From NCBI GenBank assembly GCA_903870145.1, contig CAIQBO010000030.1, positions 6,823 through 70,822 of the forward strand: a DNA stretch of 64,000 nucleotides, given 5' to 3'. Numbering within the stretch: the stretch's first letter is position 1; each line of letters starts with the position of its first letter. The translations under genes and the position numbers were made by a program. This stretch comes from an uncultured Burkholderiales bacterium (GTDB lineage: Bacteria; Pseudomonadota; Gammaproteobacteria; Burkholderiales; Burkholderiaceae_C). This document shows, piece by piece, positions 10,704 through 23,614 of the stretch. The notes under the pieces are model-generated. The model worked only from the letters and a program-made list of their open reading frames with translations. It searched no databases and was not told the origin of the DNA.

Positions 10704-11543
10704 ATGAGCCCTCCTCATATTTCACTCAAAGAAGTTGCACTGCTGTTAGATGTGCACTACATGACCGCCTACCGGTATATGCGGGAGGGGCACTTGCCTG
10801 CCGCCAAAGTTGGGCGAGAGTGGATGGTTCGCAAGGCCGACTTGGCAGCGTTTCAAAAAGGGCGCTTGGTCGCAAAAACGCCCAAGGGCGGTGGGCGCAA
10901 GCAAGCGCCTTGGGCACCGCGCATGACAGCCTTGCTGATCAAAGGCGAGGAGCGCAGTGTTTTAGCGCTGATGGAATCTGTTTTGAGGTCCGGCAACGAT
11001 TTGCAGTTTTTGTACTTCGACGTGGTAACGCCAGCCATGGTGGAGATCGGCCGTCTTTGGCAAACAGGTCAACTTGATGTTTTTGTTGAGCACCGCGCCA
11101 GCGGCATCGTTGATCGCACGGCAGCCCGCATTGGCGCTCGGTTTTCTACCTCAGGTGTTCGCAAGGGAACACTCTTGATTGGCGCACCCCAGGGCGAGAT
11201 GCATGTGCTGAGCAATGGGCTCTTGGCTGATTTGCTGCAACAAGCGGGCTGGAAAGTTGACAACCTGGGCGCCGACGTTCCCATTCAATCCATGGTCGCT
11301 GCAGCTGAGCAAATTCCCGATTTGGTGGGCATTTGTTTGTCCATCTCGATGACTCAAAACTTCCCCGCATTGAACCAAACCATTGCCGAAATTAAACAAT
11401 CTTCTGCCAGCCACCTTCCCATTTTTGTGGGTGGCGCAGCTGTGAAAGACAAAGCTTCGGCAGCCCAGTTGCACGCCTGCCATATCGTCAAGAATTTGCC
11501 CGAATTGTTGGCGTTACTTCATCAACAAGCTCGCCGGCGCTAG
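10704..11543 (+). CDS. Excisionase-type HTH + cobalamin-binding domain regulator (CarH/LitR-like sensor domain)
   Basis: N-terminal SLKEVALLLDVHYMTAYRYMREGHLPAAKVGREW; W-x9-EH (WQTGQLDVFVEH); GEMH B12 ligand; LGADVP, SIS, IFVGG. Confidence 0.82.
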   Translation: MSPPHISLKEVALLLDVHYMTAYRYMREGHLPAAKVGREWMVRKADLAAFQKGRLVAKTPKGGGRKQAPWAPRMTALLIKGEERSVLALMESVLRSGNDLQFLYFDVVTPAMVEIGRLWQTGQLDVFVEHRASGIVDRTAARIGARFSTSGVRKGTLLIGAPQGEMHVLSNGLLADLLQQAGWKVDNLGADVPIQSMVAAAEQIPDLVGICLSISMTQNFPALNQTIAEIKQSSASHLPIFVGGAAVKDKASAAQLHACHIVKNLPELLALLHQQARRR

Positions 11544-11588
11544 CTGGCCTTGCCGCGCTCAAGCGGGCAAGGCCTAGAATCAAAGGCC

Positions 11589-12845
11589 ATGCCAAGCTCT
11601 CAACCCACCAGCGCACTGAATTGGCGCGCACCCTTTCGCGTTCAAAGCTTCCGCTTTCAGTGGCCTGCAGACTTGGCCGCCTCATGGGCCTTTGAGATGG
11701 AGTCGATCGTGTTGGGGTGGTTCATCTTGGTCGAGTCGGGCTCGGTCATGATGTTGGTGACCTATGGATCCCTTCAATATTTGGGCTCCTTGGTCTCGCC
11801 CCTTTTTGGCGTGGTGTGTGACCGCATCGGCTACAGGCGCATGCTGTGGTGCACCCGAGCGGTCTACGCACTGATGGCCGTCACCGTCATGTGTTTGTCG
11901 TGGCTAGAGGCCTTAACGCCTGTGCGGGTACTTGTCTTGGCAGCCATCGTCGGAATGATCCGGCCCTCAGACCAGATGATGCGCAACGCGTTGATTGCCC
12001 AATCTTTGCCGTCTAATCAATTGATGGGGGCCTTGGGCATTTCCAGAATGACCACGGAGTCAGCCCGCATTGCGGGGGCTTTGATGGGCGCCGGGGTGGT
12101 GGCTTTGCTGGGCATAAGTGCGGCTTATGCGGTCATCACAGTTTTGTACCTGTGCAGCTCCGTGCTCTCGACAGGCGTGCAAAATGTGCCCGGTTCCCTT
12201 GCAAAAAAAACACCTGCCAGCCCTCTGCAAGATTTGAACTTGGCATTTTCTTATGTTTGGAAAAGTCCGGTTTTGATGGGCGCCATGGCATTGGCCTTCT
12301 TAGTCAACATGCTGGCTTTTCCCTTCTCGTTGGGCTTGCTGCCCTATGTGGCAAAAAACATTTACCAAACTGACCAAACAGGCTTGGGACTTTTGGGCGC
12401 CAGTTTTGCGCTCGGAGGACTTTTGGCATCGCTCACCTTGAGCACGCACCGATTTAAATTGCGTGCTGCGCGAAGCATGATCATGTCCGCGTGTATGTGG
12501 TTCGCCTTGAATCTATGGTTTGCATTCAACACCCATCATGGCTTGGGCATGGCCTTGCTGATGCTGACTGGTTTTGCGCAAAGTTGGTGCATGACACCTT
12601 TGGCCGCAGTGATGTTGCGCGTGACCGATCAAGGCTACCGCGGCCGCGTCATGGGCATGCGCATGCTGGCGATCTGGGGCTTGCCCATTGGCCTGCTGGC
12701 CTGTGGCCCTTTGGTCGAGCAACTGGGCTTTGCCTGGACCGCCAGCGTTTATTCTGCGCTGGGCATTGCCTTGACTTTGGCCATGGCGCTTTACTGGCGC
12801 AAATCGTTGTGGCATGCACATGCCAAAGCCAACGAAGCGCTTTAG
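11589..12845 (+). CDS. MFS transporter (MFS_3/H+ antiporter-like)
   Basis: Multiple TM segments; GVVCDRIGYRR motif; YRGRVMG; start MPSSQP at 11589. Confidence 0.82.
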   Translation: MPSSQPTSALNWRAPFRVQSFRFQWPADLAASWAFEMESIVLGWFILVESGSVMMLVTYGSLQYLGSLVSPLFGVVCDRIGYRRMLWCTRAVYALMAVTVMCLSWLEALTPVRVLVLAAIVGMIRPSDQMMRNALIAQSLPSNQLMGALGISRMTTESARIAGALMGAGVVALLGISAAYAVITVLYLCSSVLSTGVQNVPGSLAKKTPASPLQDLNLAFSYVWKSPVLMGAMALAFLVNMLAFPFSLGLLPYVAKNIYQTDQTGLGLLGASFALGGLLASLTLSTHRFKLRAARSMIMSACMWFALNLWFAFNTHHGLGMALLMLTGFAQSWCMTPLAAVMLRVTDQGYRGRVMGMRMLAIWGLPIGLLACGPLVEQLGFAWTASVYSALGIALTLAMALYWRKSLWHAHAKANEAL

Positions 12846-12889
12846 GTGACTGCTCTATCAATTCATTTTTTACTTTTGCACACACGCTC

Positions 12890-13399
12890 ATGCCACACAC
12901 CAACCTCACCCCTTCCCCTTGGGTCCAGCGTTGGTCGCTGCGGCTCAAGCCCGGCGCCAGCGTCTTGGACGTAGCCTGCGGCACAGGTCGGCACATGCAA
13001 TGGTTCGTCCAGCACGGCCACAGTTGCACAGGTATTGACCGGTCTGAGCAAGCTTTGGCCTTGGCGCAAGCTTCTGGCCGCGTGGTACTTGCAGACATCG
13101 AGGCAGGCCCTTGGCCACTGGCGGGGCAGCAATTTGACGCCATTGTGGTCACCAACTACCTCTGGCGGCCTTTGGTGCCGGACATCCTTGCAGCTTTGGC
13201 GCCGGGCGGGCTGCTGATTTATGAAACGTTTGCCGCCGGCCATGAAGCCGTGGGCCGACCCAGTCGGCCCGAGTTTTTACTGCAGCGCGGCGAATTGCTC
13301 CGACTCTTTGCAAGTCTTCGCACACTGGCCTATGAAGATGATTTTTTTGAGCAACCACCCAGATTTGTTCAGCGTATCGCAGCCTTACAAACCCCTTAA
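12890..13399 (+). CDS. Class I SAM-dependent methyltransferase
   Basis: VLDVACGTGRH motif I; FDAIVVTNYL; LAPGGLLIYETF; sits upstream of dapA. Confidence 0.85.
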   Translation: MPHTNLTPSPWVQRWSLRLKPGASVLDVACGTGRHMQWFVQHGHSCTGIDRSEQALALAQASGRVVLADIEAGPWPLAGQQFDAIVVTNYLWRPLVPDILAALAPGGLLIYETFAAGHEAVGRPSRPEFLLQRGELLRLFASLRTLAYEDDFFEQPPRFVQRIAALQTP

Positions 13400-13440
13400 G
13401 GCCAAGTTAGAATGTTCTTTTCTTGCTTTATTGATTCGCC

Positions 13441-14337
13441 ATGACGAAAACATTTCGCCCCATCACTGGCAGCATTGTGGCCATGGTCACTCCCATGCTG
13501 GAAAGCGGCAGCGTTGACTACGCCAGCCTGCGAAAACTGATCGACTGGCACATTGAACAAGGCACGGACTGCATTGGCGTGGTGGGCACCACTGGCGAGT
13601 CACCCACAGTCAACGTGCAAGAGCACCAAGAAATCATCCGAGTTTCAGTCGAACAAGCGGCCGCGCGCGTGCCCATCATGGCCGGTTGTGGCGCCAATTC
13701 CACGGCCGAAGCCATTGAGTTGGCCCAGTTCGCCAAAGCGGTGGGGGCCGACTGCCAACTCCAAGTGGTGCCCTATTACAACAAACCCACGCAAGAGGGC
13801 CTGTACCAACACTTCAAAGCCATTGCGCAAGCGGTGCCCGATTTACCCATTTACCTGTACAACGTGCCCGGTCGTTCTGCGGCCGATATGCAGCATGAAA
13901 CAGTTTTGCGCTTGGCCCAAGTCCCAGGCATCGTGGGTATCAAAGAAGCCACAGGCAACATCGAGCGCGCGCAGTGGCTGATCCGCGAGGTGCCCAAAGG
14001 TTTTGCCGTTTACTCGGGGGACGACCCCACTGCTGTGGCCTTGATGCTGTGCGGCGGTCAAGGCAATGTGAGCGTGACAGCCAATGTGGCGCCGCGTCTG
14101 ATGCACGAGTTGTGCGTGGCCGCCATGGCCGGCAACACTGGCAAAGCCATGGAAATCCAATACAAGTTGATGCCTGTGCACAAGCAATTGTTTGTCGAGG
14201 CCAACCCCATTCCCGTGAAATGGGCAATGGCCCGCATGGGCTTGTGCGGCGGCACTTTGCGCCTGCCCATGACCGAACTCTCCAAAAGCCAACAGCCTGT
14301 GGTTGAAGCTGCACTGCGTGCCAGCGGTTTGATCTGA
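13441..14337 (+). CDS. dapA: 4-hydroxy-tetrahydrodipicolinate synthase
   Basis: [37 protein letters not shown]. Confidence 0.97.
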   Translation: MTKTFRPITGSIVAMVTPMLESGSVDYASLRKLIDWHIEQGTDCIGVVGTTGESPTVNVQEHQEIIRVSVEQAAARVPIMAGCGANSTAEAIELAQFAKAVGADCQLQVVPYYNKPTQEGLYQHFKAIAQAVPDLPIYLYNVPGRSAADMQHETVLRLAQVPGIVGIKEATGNIERAQWLIREVPKGFAVYSGDDPTAVALMLCGGQGNVSVTANVAPRLMHELCVAAMAGNTGKAMEIQYKLMPVHKQLFVEANPIPVKWAMARMGLCGGTLRLPMTELSKSQQPVVEAALRASGLI

Positions 14338-14361
14338 CTTCCGTTTATTAGGACCTCCCAA

Positions 14362-15495
14362 GTGAATCGTTTTACCCATACTGCTCGCCCCTTTGTCCTG
14401 CTGGCTTTGACTGCTGCACTGAGTGCATGTTCCACCTTTGAAGAAAGCAAAATCGACTACAAAAGCGCCAGCCAAGCCCCCACCTTGGAAATTCCACCTG
14501 ACCTGACGCAGTTGCGCAAAGACTCTCGTTACCAAGTCAGCGGCGCAGGCAGCAGTTCTGTCAGCGCCAACGCCACTGGCGGCGCACAAGGGCGCAGCAG
14601 CACCGGGCCAGACGCCGGCACGGCCACCAACCAAGCAGGCGACGCACGCATTGAGCGCAACGGCACCCAACGATGGCTGGCCATCAACCGATCAGCCGAC
14701 TCCGTCTGGCAACCCTTGCAAGACTTTTGGAAAGACAATGGTTTTGTGCTGATCACAGACCAGCCTGAGCTGGGCATCATGGAGACCGATTGGGCTGAAA
14801 ATCGGGCTAAACTGCCCCAAGATTTCTTGCGCAAAGCATTGGGCAAGGTGATGGACTCCCTTTACTCCACCGGTGAGCGTGATCGTTTTCGCACACGGGT
14901 TGAGCGCACCGCCACGGGTGGTTTAGAGATCACCATCACCCACCGCGGTATGGCCGAGGTCTACACCAACACCCAAAAAGACAGCACCGTTTGGACCCCT
15001 CGTGCGGCAGACCCTGAATTGGAAATCGAATTTTTACGCCGCATGATGTTGCGTTTGGGTGGTAGCGCCGAAGCAGCCACGGCCTTGGCCGCCAAGGCCG
15101 CTGGTGCCAGCGCCCCTTCTGGCAAGGCCACAGGGGTTCGCGTGACAACACTCAATCAACTGCCAGCGATTGAAATCCAAGACGGGTTTGACCGCGCTTG
15201 GCGCCGCGTGGGCGTGGCCATTGACCGAACCGGCTTCACAGTGGAAGACCGTGACCGCGCGCAAGGCGTCTTCTTTGTGCGCTACGCCCCGCCGGGCACC
15301 GTAGGCAAAGAGCCAGGCTTTTTTGCCAAGTTGTTCACCAGCGAAAAAGTGATACCGACATTGGCCAAATACCGCATTGCCGTAACCAGCAAAGGCGATG
15401 TCTCCACCGTTTCAGTGCAAGCGCCTGACGGCATGCCTGAGACATCGGCGAATGCAGAAAAGATCATCAAACTGCTGGCCGACGAAATCAAATAA
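14362..15495 (+). CDS. bamC: Outer membrane protein assembly lipoprotein BamC (NlpB/DapX)
   Basis: Lipobox LSAC; LEIPPDLT, METDWAENRA, DRAWRRVG..DR.GFTVEDRDR; canonical position after dapA. Confidence 0.9.
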   Translation: MNRFTHTARPFVLLALTAALSACSTFEESKIDYKSASQAPTLEIPPDLTQLRKDSRYQVSGAGSSSVSANATGGAQGRSSTGPDAGTATNQAGDARIERNGTQRWLAINRSADSVWQPLQDFWKDNGFVLITDQPELGIMETDWAENRAKLPQDFLRKALGKVMDSLYSTGERDRFRTRVERTATGGLEITITHRGMAEVYTNTQKDSTVWTPRAADPELEIEFLRRMMLRLGGSAEAATALAAKAAGASAPSGKATGVRVTTLNQLPAIEIQDGFDRAWRRVGVAIDRTGFTVEDRDRAQGVFFVRYAPPGTVGKEPGFFAKLFTSEKVIPTLAKYRIAVTSKGDVSTVSVQAPDGMPETSANAEKIIKLLADEIK

Positions 15496-15499
15496 GGAT

Positions 15500-15547
15500 T
15501 TCAGCCCAAAAAAAAACCCCGCAGTGCGGGGTTTTTTTTGGGCTGAA
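15500..15547. terminator. Bidirectional intrinsic terminator between bamC and the lipoprotein gene
   Basis: TTCAGCCC-A9-CCCCGC-AGT-GCGGGG-T8-GGGCTGAA long inverted repeat between convergent genes. Confidence 0.92.
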
Positions 15548-15552
15548 AAGAA

Positions 15553-15759
15553 TTACTTCTTAGGAGCTTCTGCAGGAGCAGCAGGTGCAGCTGGAGCGGC
15601 AGCAGCTGGAGCAGCGGCAGCAGGAGCAGCATCAGCAGCAGGCGCTGCAGGAGCAGCAGCAGGTGCGGGTGCAGGTGCTGGAGCTGGTTCTTCTTTTTTA
15701 CCGCAAGCGGCCAAAGCAGCAGCAGCGATCACGGCGGCCAGAACGAGGGATTTATTCAT
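15553..15759 (-). CDS. Small Ala/Pro-rich lipoprotein (68 aa)
   Basis: Signal peptide MNKSLVLAAVIAAAALAA-C (lipobox LAAC), then GKKEE and a Pro/Ala tail; AAGGAAA SD upstream. Confidence 0.85.
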   Translation of the reverse strand: MNKSLVLAAVIAAAALAACGKKEEPAPAPAPAPAAAPAAPAADAAPAAAAPAAAAPAAPAAPAEAPKK

Positions 15760-15878
15760 GGTTATTTTCCTTAAAGTAAATGAAAAAACAATTTCCGGAA
15801 ATTGTCAGCAAGGCGGGTAAATGCCGGGTTGACAGAACAGCAAGCACTCGAGCTCTTGCTGTTCAGCCTCGAATTATA
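15760..15878 (-). promoter_or_regulatory. Promoter (-10 TATAAT) and structured 5' leader of the lipoprotein gene
   Basis: Minus-strand TATAAT at 15878-15873; 10-bp hairpin 15835-15864; perfect 18-bp palindrome 15788-15805 followed by a T-run on the minus strand. Confidence 0.6.
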
Positions 15879-15903
15879 GCTTTTTTGGGTGCATTGCGCT
15901 TTA

Positions 15904-17031
15904 CTAGGCCCACCAACCCTCAGATCCCCAGTCTTGCACCAAGGCAGCCGCCTCGGGGGAAAGCTGGCACGCCAAGTGGGCCGATAGCCTGCGGTCTTTG
16001 GCCAAAAGCCGCAATATTTTGGCGTCCCGCCCAGTGGCTTTGAAGCTCTCACCGTTGACAAAGATGTGCTTTGCGTCGTGCAGCATTTTGGTTCTCCTGT
16101 CCAAGACAATGGCACACGGCCAGGTGGGCGGGGAGGGTCTGGCATCGAACCACACCTGCGGTTTGGGTTCGGTCAAATACTCGCCCAGCAAACAATTCAA
16201 CAACTGCGGCTCCTTCATGGCACGCTTGACAGCGTCAAAGGCAAAGTTTTGCAAGGCCAATGGGATTTGCGCGTCCCTCAAAGCGGCCTCTTGCTGGGCA
16301 TCTTGGTACAACATTGCGCCTTGACTTTTCAGCTCATTTTGACCCGCCTCATCGGCCAAACCCAAGAGCAATTGGCGCGCCAATTCAGCCCGACTGGGCA
16401 CCTTAAAGCCCACCGAGTAAGTCATGCACTCCCCCACAGCCGTGCCATCGTGGGCATAGCCTGGGGGCAAGTACAGCATGTCACCGGGGTTTAAAAGGTA
16501 CTCGGCTTCTGGTTGAAAATTTTTCAAAATTTTCAGTGGCACATCCGCTTGAAGTTCAGGGGTTTTTTGCCGCCCAATGCGCCAGCGTCGTTGGCCATGG
16601 GCTTGGAGCAAAAACACATCGTAGCTGTCAAAGTGTGGCCCCACCCCCCCGCCGTCGGTGGCATAGCTGATCATCAAATCGTCTAGCCTGGCGTCCGGCA
16701 CAAATCTAAATTGCTGCAGCAAGGCATGCACAGCGTCGTTGTGCAAATCCACGCCTTGCAGCAAAACCGTCCAGTCTGGGGTTTTCAGTGAGGGCAGGCT
16801 GCGCCGGCTGAAGGGCCCTTTGCGCAAAGTCCACGCCGCGCCTTTGCGAACGATGCAGCGCGACTCCACCTCCTCGCTCTCAACCATGGCCAGCAAGGTC
16901 GACCTGTCTACCAAGGGCGCAAAGCCTGCAATGGCTTGGCGTATCAGCAAAGGTTTTTTTTGCCAGTGGCGCTTCATGAACTGCGCGGGGCTGAGCCCGG
17001 CCAACAAAGTCAAGGGTGTGTTTTTTTGCAT
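15904..17031 (-). CDS. roxA: JmjC/cupin 2OG-Fe(II) ribosomal oxygenase (YcfD/RoxA family)
   Basis: WQKKPLLIRQA, RLDDLMISYA..GGGVGPHFDSYDVFLLQ, PGDMLYLPPG.AHDG (HxD...H triad). Confidence 0.85.
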   Translation of the reverse strand: MQKNTPLTLLAGLSPAQFMKRHWQKKPLLIRQAIAGFAPLVDRSTLLAMVESEEVESRCIVRKGAAWTLRKGPFSRRSLPSLKTPDWTVLLQGVDLHNDAVHALLQQFRFVPDARLDDLMISYATDGGGVGPHFDSYDVFLLQAHGQRRWRIGRQKTPELQADVPLKILKNFQPEAEYLLNPGDMLYLPPGYAHDGTAVGECMTYSVGFKVPSRAELARQLLLGLADEAGQNELKSQGAMLYQDAQQEAALRDAQIPLALQNFAFDAVKRAMKEPQLLNCLLGEYLTEPKPQVWFDARPSPPTWPCAIVLDRRTKMLHDAKHIFVNGESFKATGRDAKILRLLAKDRRLSAHLACQLSPEAAALVQDWGSEGWWA

Positions 17032-17073
17032 AAGAGGTTCCTGAAAGCTTTGCCAAACTGCGACAATTCTCCT

Positions 17074-17616
17074 ATGGAAATTACTTCTGACTGTGTGGTC
17101 GCACTGACCTGGACGCTCAAAGACACTTTGGGTGAGGTTTTAGACGAGCTCGACGAGCCTGTTGAATTCTTGATGGGCGGCAATGATTTGCTGCCCAAAA
17201 TCGAACATGCCTTGATGGGCCACGGTGTGGGCGCCAAGCTGGATTTACACCTCGAACCCGAAGACGCATTTGGGGATTTTCAAGAAGAGCTTTTATTTTT
17301 GGAGCCCAAGGACTTGTTTCCAGCAGAAATTCAAGAGGGCATGACCATCGAAGGCTCGGCCCTGCCCGCGGCTTGCAACCCTGAGGCACCGCGCAACGCG
17401 CTCTACACCATCACGGAAATTTACCCTGAGCATGTGGTGCTTGACGGCAACCACCCCTTGGCGGGCATTGCTTTGCGCTTGAGTTTGCGCATCAATCAAA
17501 TTCGCAGCGCCACCGAGCAAGAGTTGCAAGCGGGCACTTGCGGCACGGGGTTTTTTAAAATTGAAGTGGGCGCTGATGAGAGCGACACCTTGCCCCCAGG
17601 CTCTCATCTGCACTGA
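17074..17616 (+). CDS. FKBP-type peptidyl-prolyl isomerase (SlyD-like, no His-rich tail)
   Basis: EPEDAFG, VVLDGNHPLAG, IRSATEQE; start MEITSD at 17074. Confidence 0.85.
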   Translation: MEITSDCVVALTWTLKDTLGEVLDELDEPVEFLMGGNDLLPKIEHALMGHGVGAKLDLHLEPEDAFGDFQEELLFLEPKDLFPAEIQEGMTIEGSALPAACNPEAPRNALYTITEIYPEHVVLDGNHPLAGIALRLSLRINQIRSATEQELQAGTCGTGFFKIEVGADESDTLPPGSHLH

Positions 17617-17627
17617 CGCAGCGGACT

Positions 17628-18077
17628 TTACTTCTTCCCCGTAGAGCCGTAGCCCCCAGCCCCGCGCAGGCTGGGCGCATCAAACTCCGTGACCACATTG
17701 AACTGCGCCTGCACCACAGGCACGATCACCATTTGAGCGATCCGCTCCATGGGCTCAATTGTGAAAGCCACTTCGCTGCGGTTCCAGCAACTGACCATCA
17801 GCGGGCCTTGGTAATCGCTGTCAATCAGGCCCACCAAATTGCCAAGCACAATGCCGTGCTTGTGCCCCAGTCCTGAGCGCGGCAGCAGCATGGCGGCGTA
17901 GCCCGGGTCTTTCAAATAGACTGACAAGCCCGTGGGAATCAGCTGGCATGCGTTGGGCTGCAACACAAGCGGCGCATCCAGGCACGCACGCAAGTCCAAG
18001 CCGGCGCTGCCAGGGGTGGCATAGGCTGGCAAGTGCCCATTCATGCGGGGATCTAAGATTTTCAGGTCAACGTTCAT
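17628..18077 (-). CDS. dut: dUTP diphosphatase
   Basis: [35 protein letters not shown]; start may be GTG 18092. Confidence 0.97.
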   Translation of the reverse strand: MNVDLKILDPRMNGHLPAYATPGSAGLDLRACLDAPLVLQPNACQLIPTGLSVYLKDPGYAAMLLPRSGLGHKHGIVLGNLVGLIDSDYQGPLMVSCWNRSEVAFTIEPMERIAQMVIVPVVQAQFNVVTEFDAPSLRGAGGYGSTGKK

Positions 18078-18107
18078 GTTGTCAAAATTCACTGGAGTGT
18101 TTGAAAT

Positions 18108-19337
18108 TCAGCTCACGCGGCCAGGGGCTTGCTGGCGCTTGGCGATCTCGGCAATCAAGGTTTGCGCCAATTTGGTTTTGCTGTCGCGCGGCAGCTCCCA
18201 GGCCCCTTGCGCGTCCACCAAGAGCAAGGTGTTGTCGTCTTGCCCAAAGGTGCTCGGGCCAATGTTGCCGACCAACAAGGGCACGCCTTTGCGAACGCGT
18301 TTGGCGGTGGCATGCGCCAGCAAATCATGGCTCTCAGCTGCAAACCCCACGCAAAACAAGTGGCCTTTTTGGGCCCGCTCAGATTGTGCCACCGTCCACA
18401 AAATATCGGGGTTTTCAACGAAGCTCAAAGCAGGCGTATCGCCACTGCCATCTTTTTTTATTTTTTGATCGGCCTGGGTAAGAGGCCGCCAATCGGCCAC
18501 TGCTGCTGCCGCTATAAAAACCTGCGCTTGGCCCACGTGGGCTTGCACCGCTGCGTGCATTTGGATGGCCGAGCGCACATCCATGCGCAGCACCCCTCGG
18601 GGGGTTGGCAAGTTGACCGGGCCGGCCACCAGCGTGACACGGGCACCGGCTTGCTGGGCCGCACGGGCCAAGGCAAAGCCCATCTTGCCGCTGGACAAAT
18701 TGGTGATGCCGCGCACGGGGTCGATGGCCTCATAGGTTGGCCCGGCCGTGATCATCACTTGCTGGCCAGATAGCACTTTGGGGGTGAAAAAAGCCAGCAG
18801 GTCTTCCAATATTTCTGAGGCTTCGAGCATGCGGCCGTCGCCTGTTTCGCCGCAGGCTTGCTCGCCCTGGCCCACATCCAAGACATGCGCGCCATCGGTC
18901 TGGAGTTGGGCCACATTGCGCTGGGTGGCGGGGTGAGACCACATTTCTCGGTTCATGGCGGGGGCCAGCAGCAAAGGCACGCTGGCCAGGGGCCTGGCCA
19001 AGCACATCAGACTCAAAAGTTCATCGGCCCGCCCGTGCAGCAGTTTGGCCATGAAGTCGGCGCTGGCTGGTGCAATCAAAATGGCATCAGCTTCTCGGCT
19101 TAAGTTGATGTGCGCCATGTTGTTGGCTTCGCGCCCGTCCCACTGTGAGGTGTAGACCGGCCTGCCCGACAGAGCCTGCATGGTCACAGGGGTGATGAAT
19201 TGCGCTGCAGCTTCGGTCATGACCACCTGCACTTGGGCCCCGGCTTTGACCAGCGCGCGACACAACTCGGCCGCTTTGTAACAAGCGATGCCGCCGGTGA
19301 GTCCCAAAACAATGTGTTTGCCCGCCAAATCGTTCAT
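18108..19337 (-). CDS. coaBC: Phosphopantothenoylcysteine decarboxylase/ligase
   Basis: LGLTGGIACYKA, APASADFMAK, APAMNREMW, TAGPTYEAIDPVR, SSGKMG, GFAAES. Confidence 0.96.
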   Translation of the reverse strand: MNDLAGKHIVLGLTGGIACYKAAELCRALVKAGAQVQVVMTEAAAQFITPVTMQALSGRPVYTSQWDGREANNMAHINLSREADAILIAPASADFMAKLLHGRADELLSLMCLARPLASVPLLLAPAMNREMWSHPATQRNVAQLQTDGAHVLDVGQGEQACGETGDGRMLEASEILEDLLAFFTPKVLSGQQVMITAGPTYEAIDPVRGITNLSSGKMGFALARAAQQAGARVTLVAGPVNLPTPRGVLRMDVRSAIQMHAAVQAHVGQAQVFIAAAAVADWRPLTQADQKIKKDGSGDTPALSFVENPDILWTVAQSERAQKGHLFCVGFAAESHDLLAHATAKRVRKGVPLLVGNIGPSTFGQDDNTLLLVDAQGAWELPRDSKTKLAQTLIAEIAKRQQAPGRVS

Positions 19338-19413
19338 GCAGGGCAATGTAGCAGACTCTAGACCCCGGGTCAGGGTCTGTTTGCCAACCCCTGCCCCGCG
19401 TTTTACCAAGTGA

Positions 19414-21135
<1,722 letters not shown>

Positions 21136-21162
21136 AAAGCTGCTGTCAATTTCAAAAACGCT

Positions 21163-23317
<2,155 letters not shown>

Positions 23318-23332
23318 CACTGCTGCGCTGCG

Positions 23333-23614
23333 ATGCCCATGGAAAACCGCTTTCTGCCCGCACTCTTGATCGCCATGCTGCTGATCTTGCAAGGGCAACT
23401 GTGGCTGGGCAAAGGCGGCGTTCCTACTGTGATCGAACTTGAAAATAAAATCCAAGAACAAAATATCGCCAACTCCAAAGCGCGCAGCATCAACGCGCAA
23501 CTGAGCTCCGAGGTCAGCGACCTCAAGGAAGGCTTGAATACCGTAGAAGCGCGAGCCCGACAAGAATTGGGCATGGTCAAAGCCAACGAAATTTTTGTCC
23601 AGATCGAAAAATGA
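23333..23614 (+). CDS. ftsB: Cell division protein FtsB (septum formation initiator)
   Basis: TM helix + LWLGKGG + coiled coil + EARARQELGMVKANE; follows eno. Confidence 0.9.
   Translation: MPMENRFLPALLIAMLLILQGQLWLGKGGVPTVIELENKIQEQNIANSKARSINAQLSSEVSDLKEGLNTVEARARQELGMVKANEIFVQIEK

Noticed and set aside
11546-11574. GC-rich hairpin GGCCTTGCC...GGCAAGGCC after the B12 regulator
   Set aside because: No U-tract, and I saw no other copies in the window, so it cannot be called a terminator or REP element.
15553-15700. GCA/GGA-rich DNA repeats as a VNTR or contingency locus
   Set aside because: Fully explained by Ala/Pro codons of the lipoprotein; the A9/T8 runs nearby belong to the terminator.
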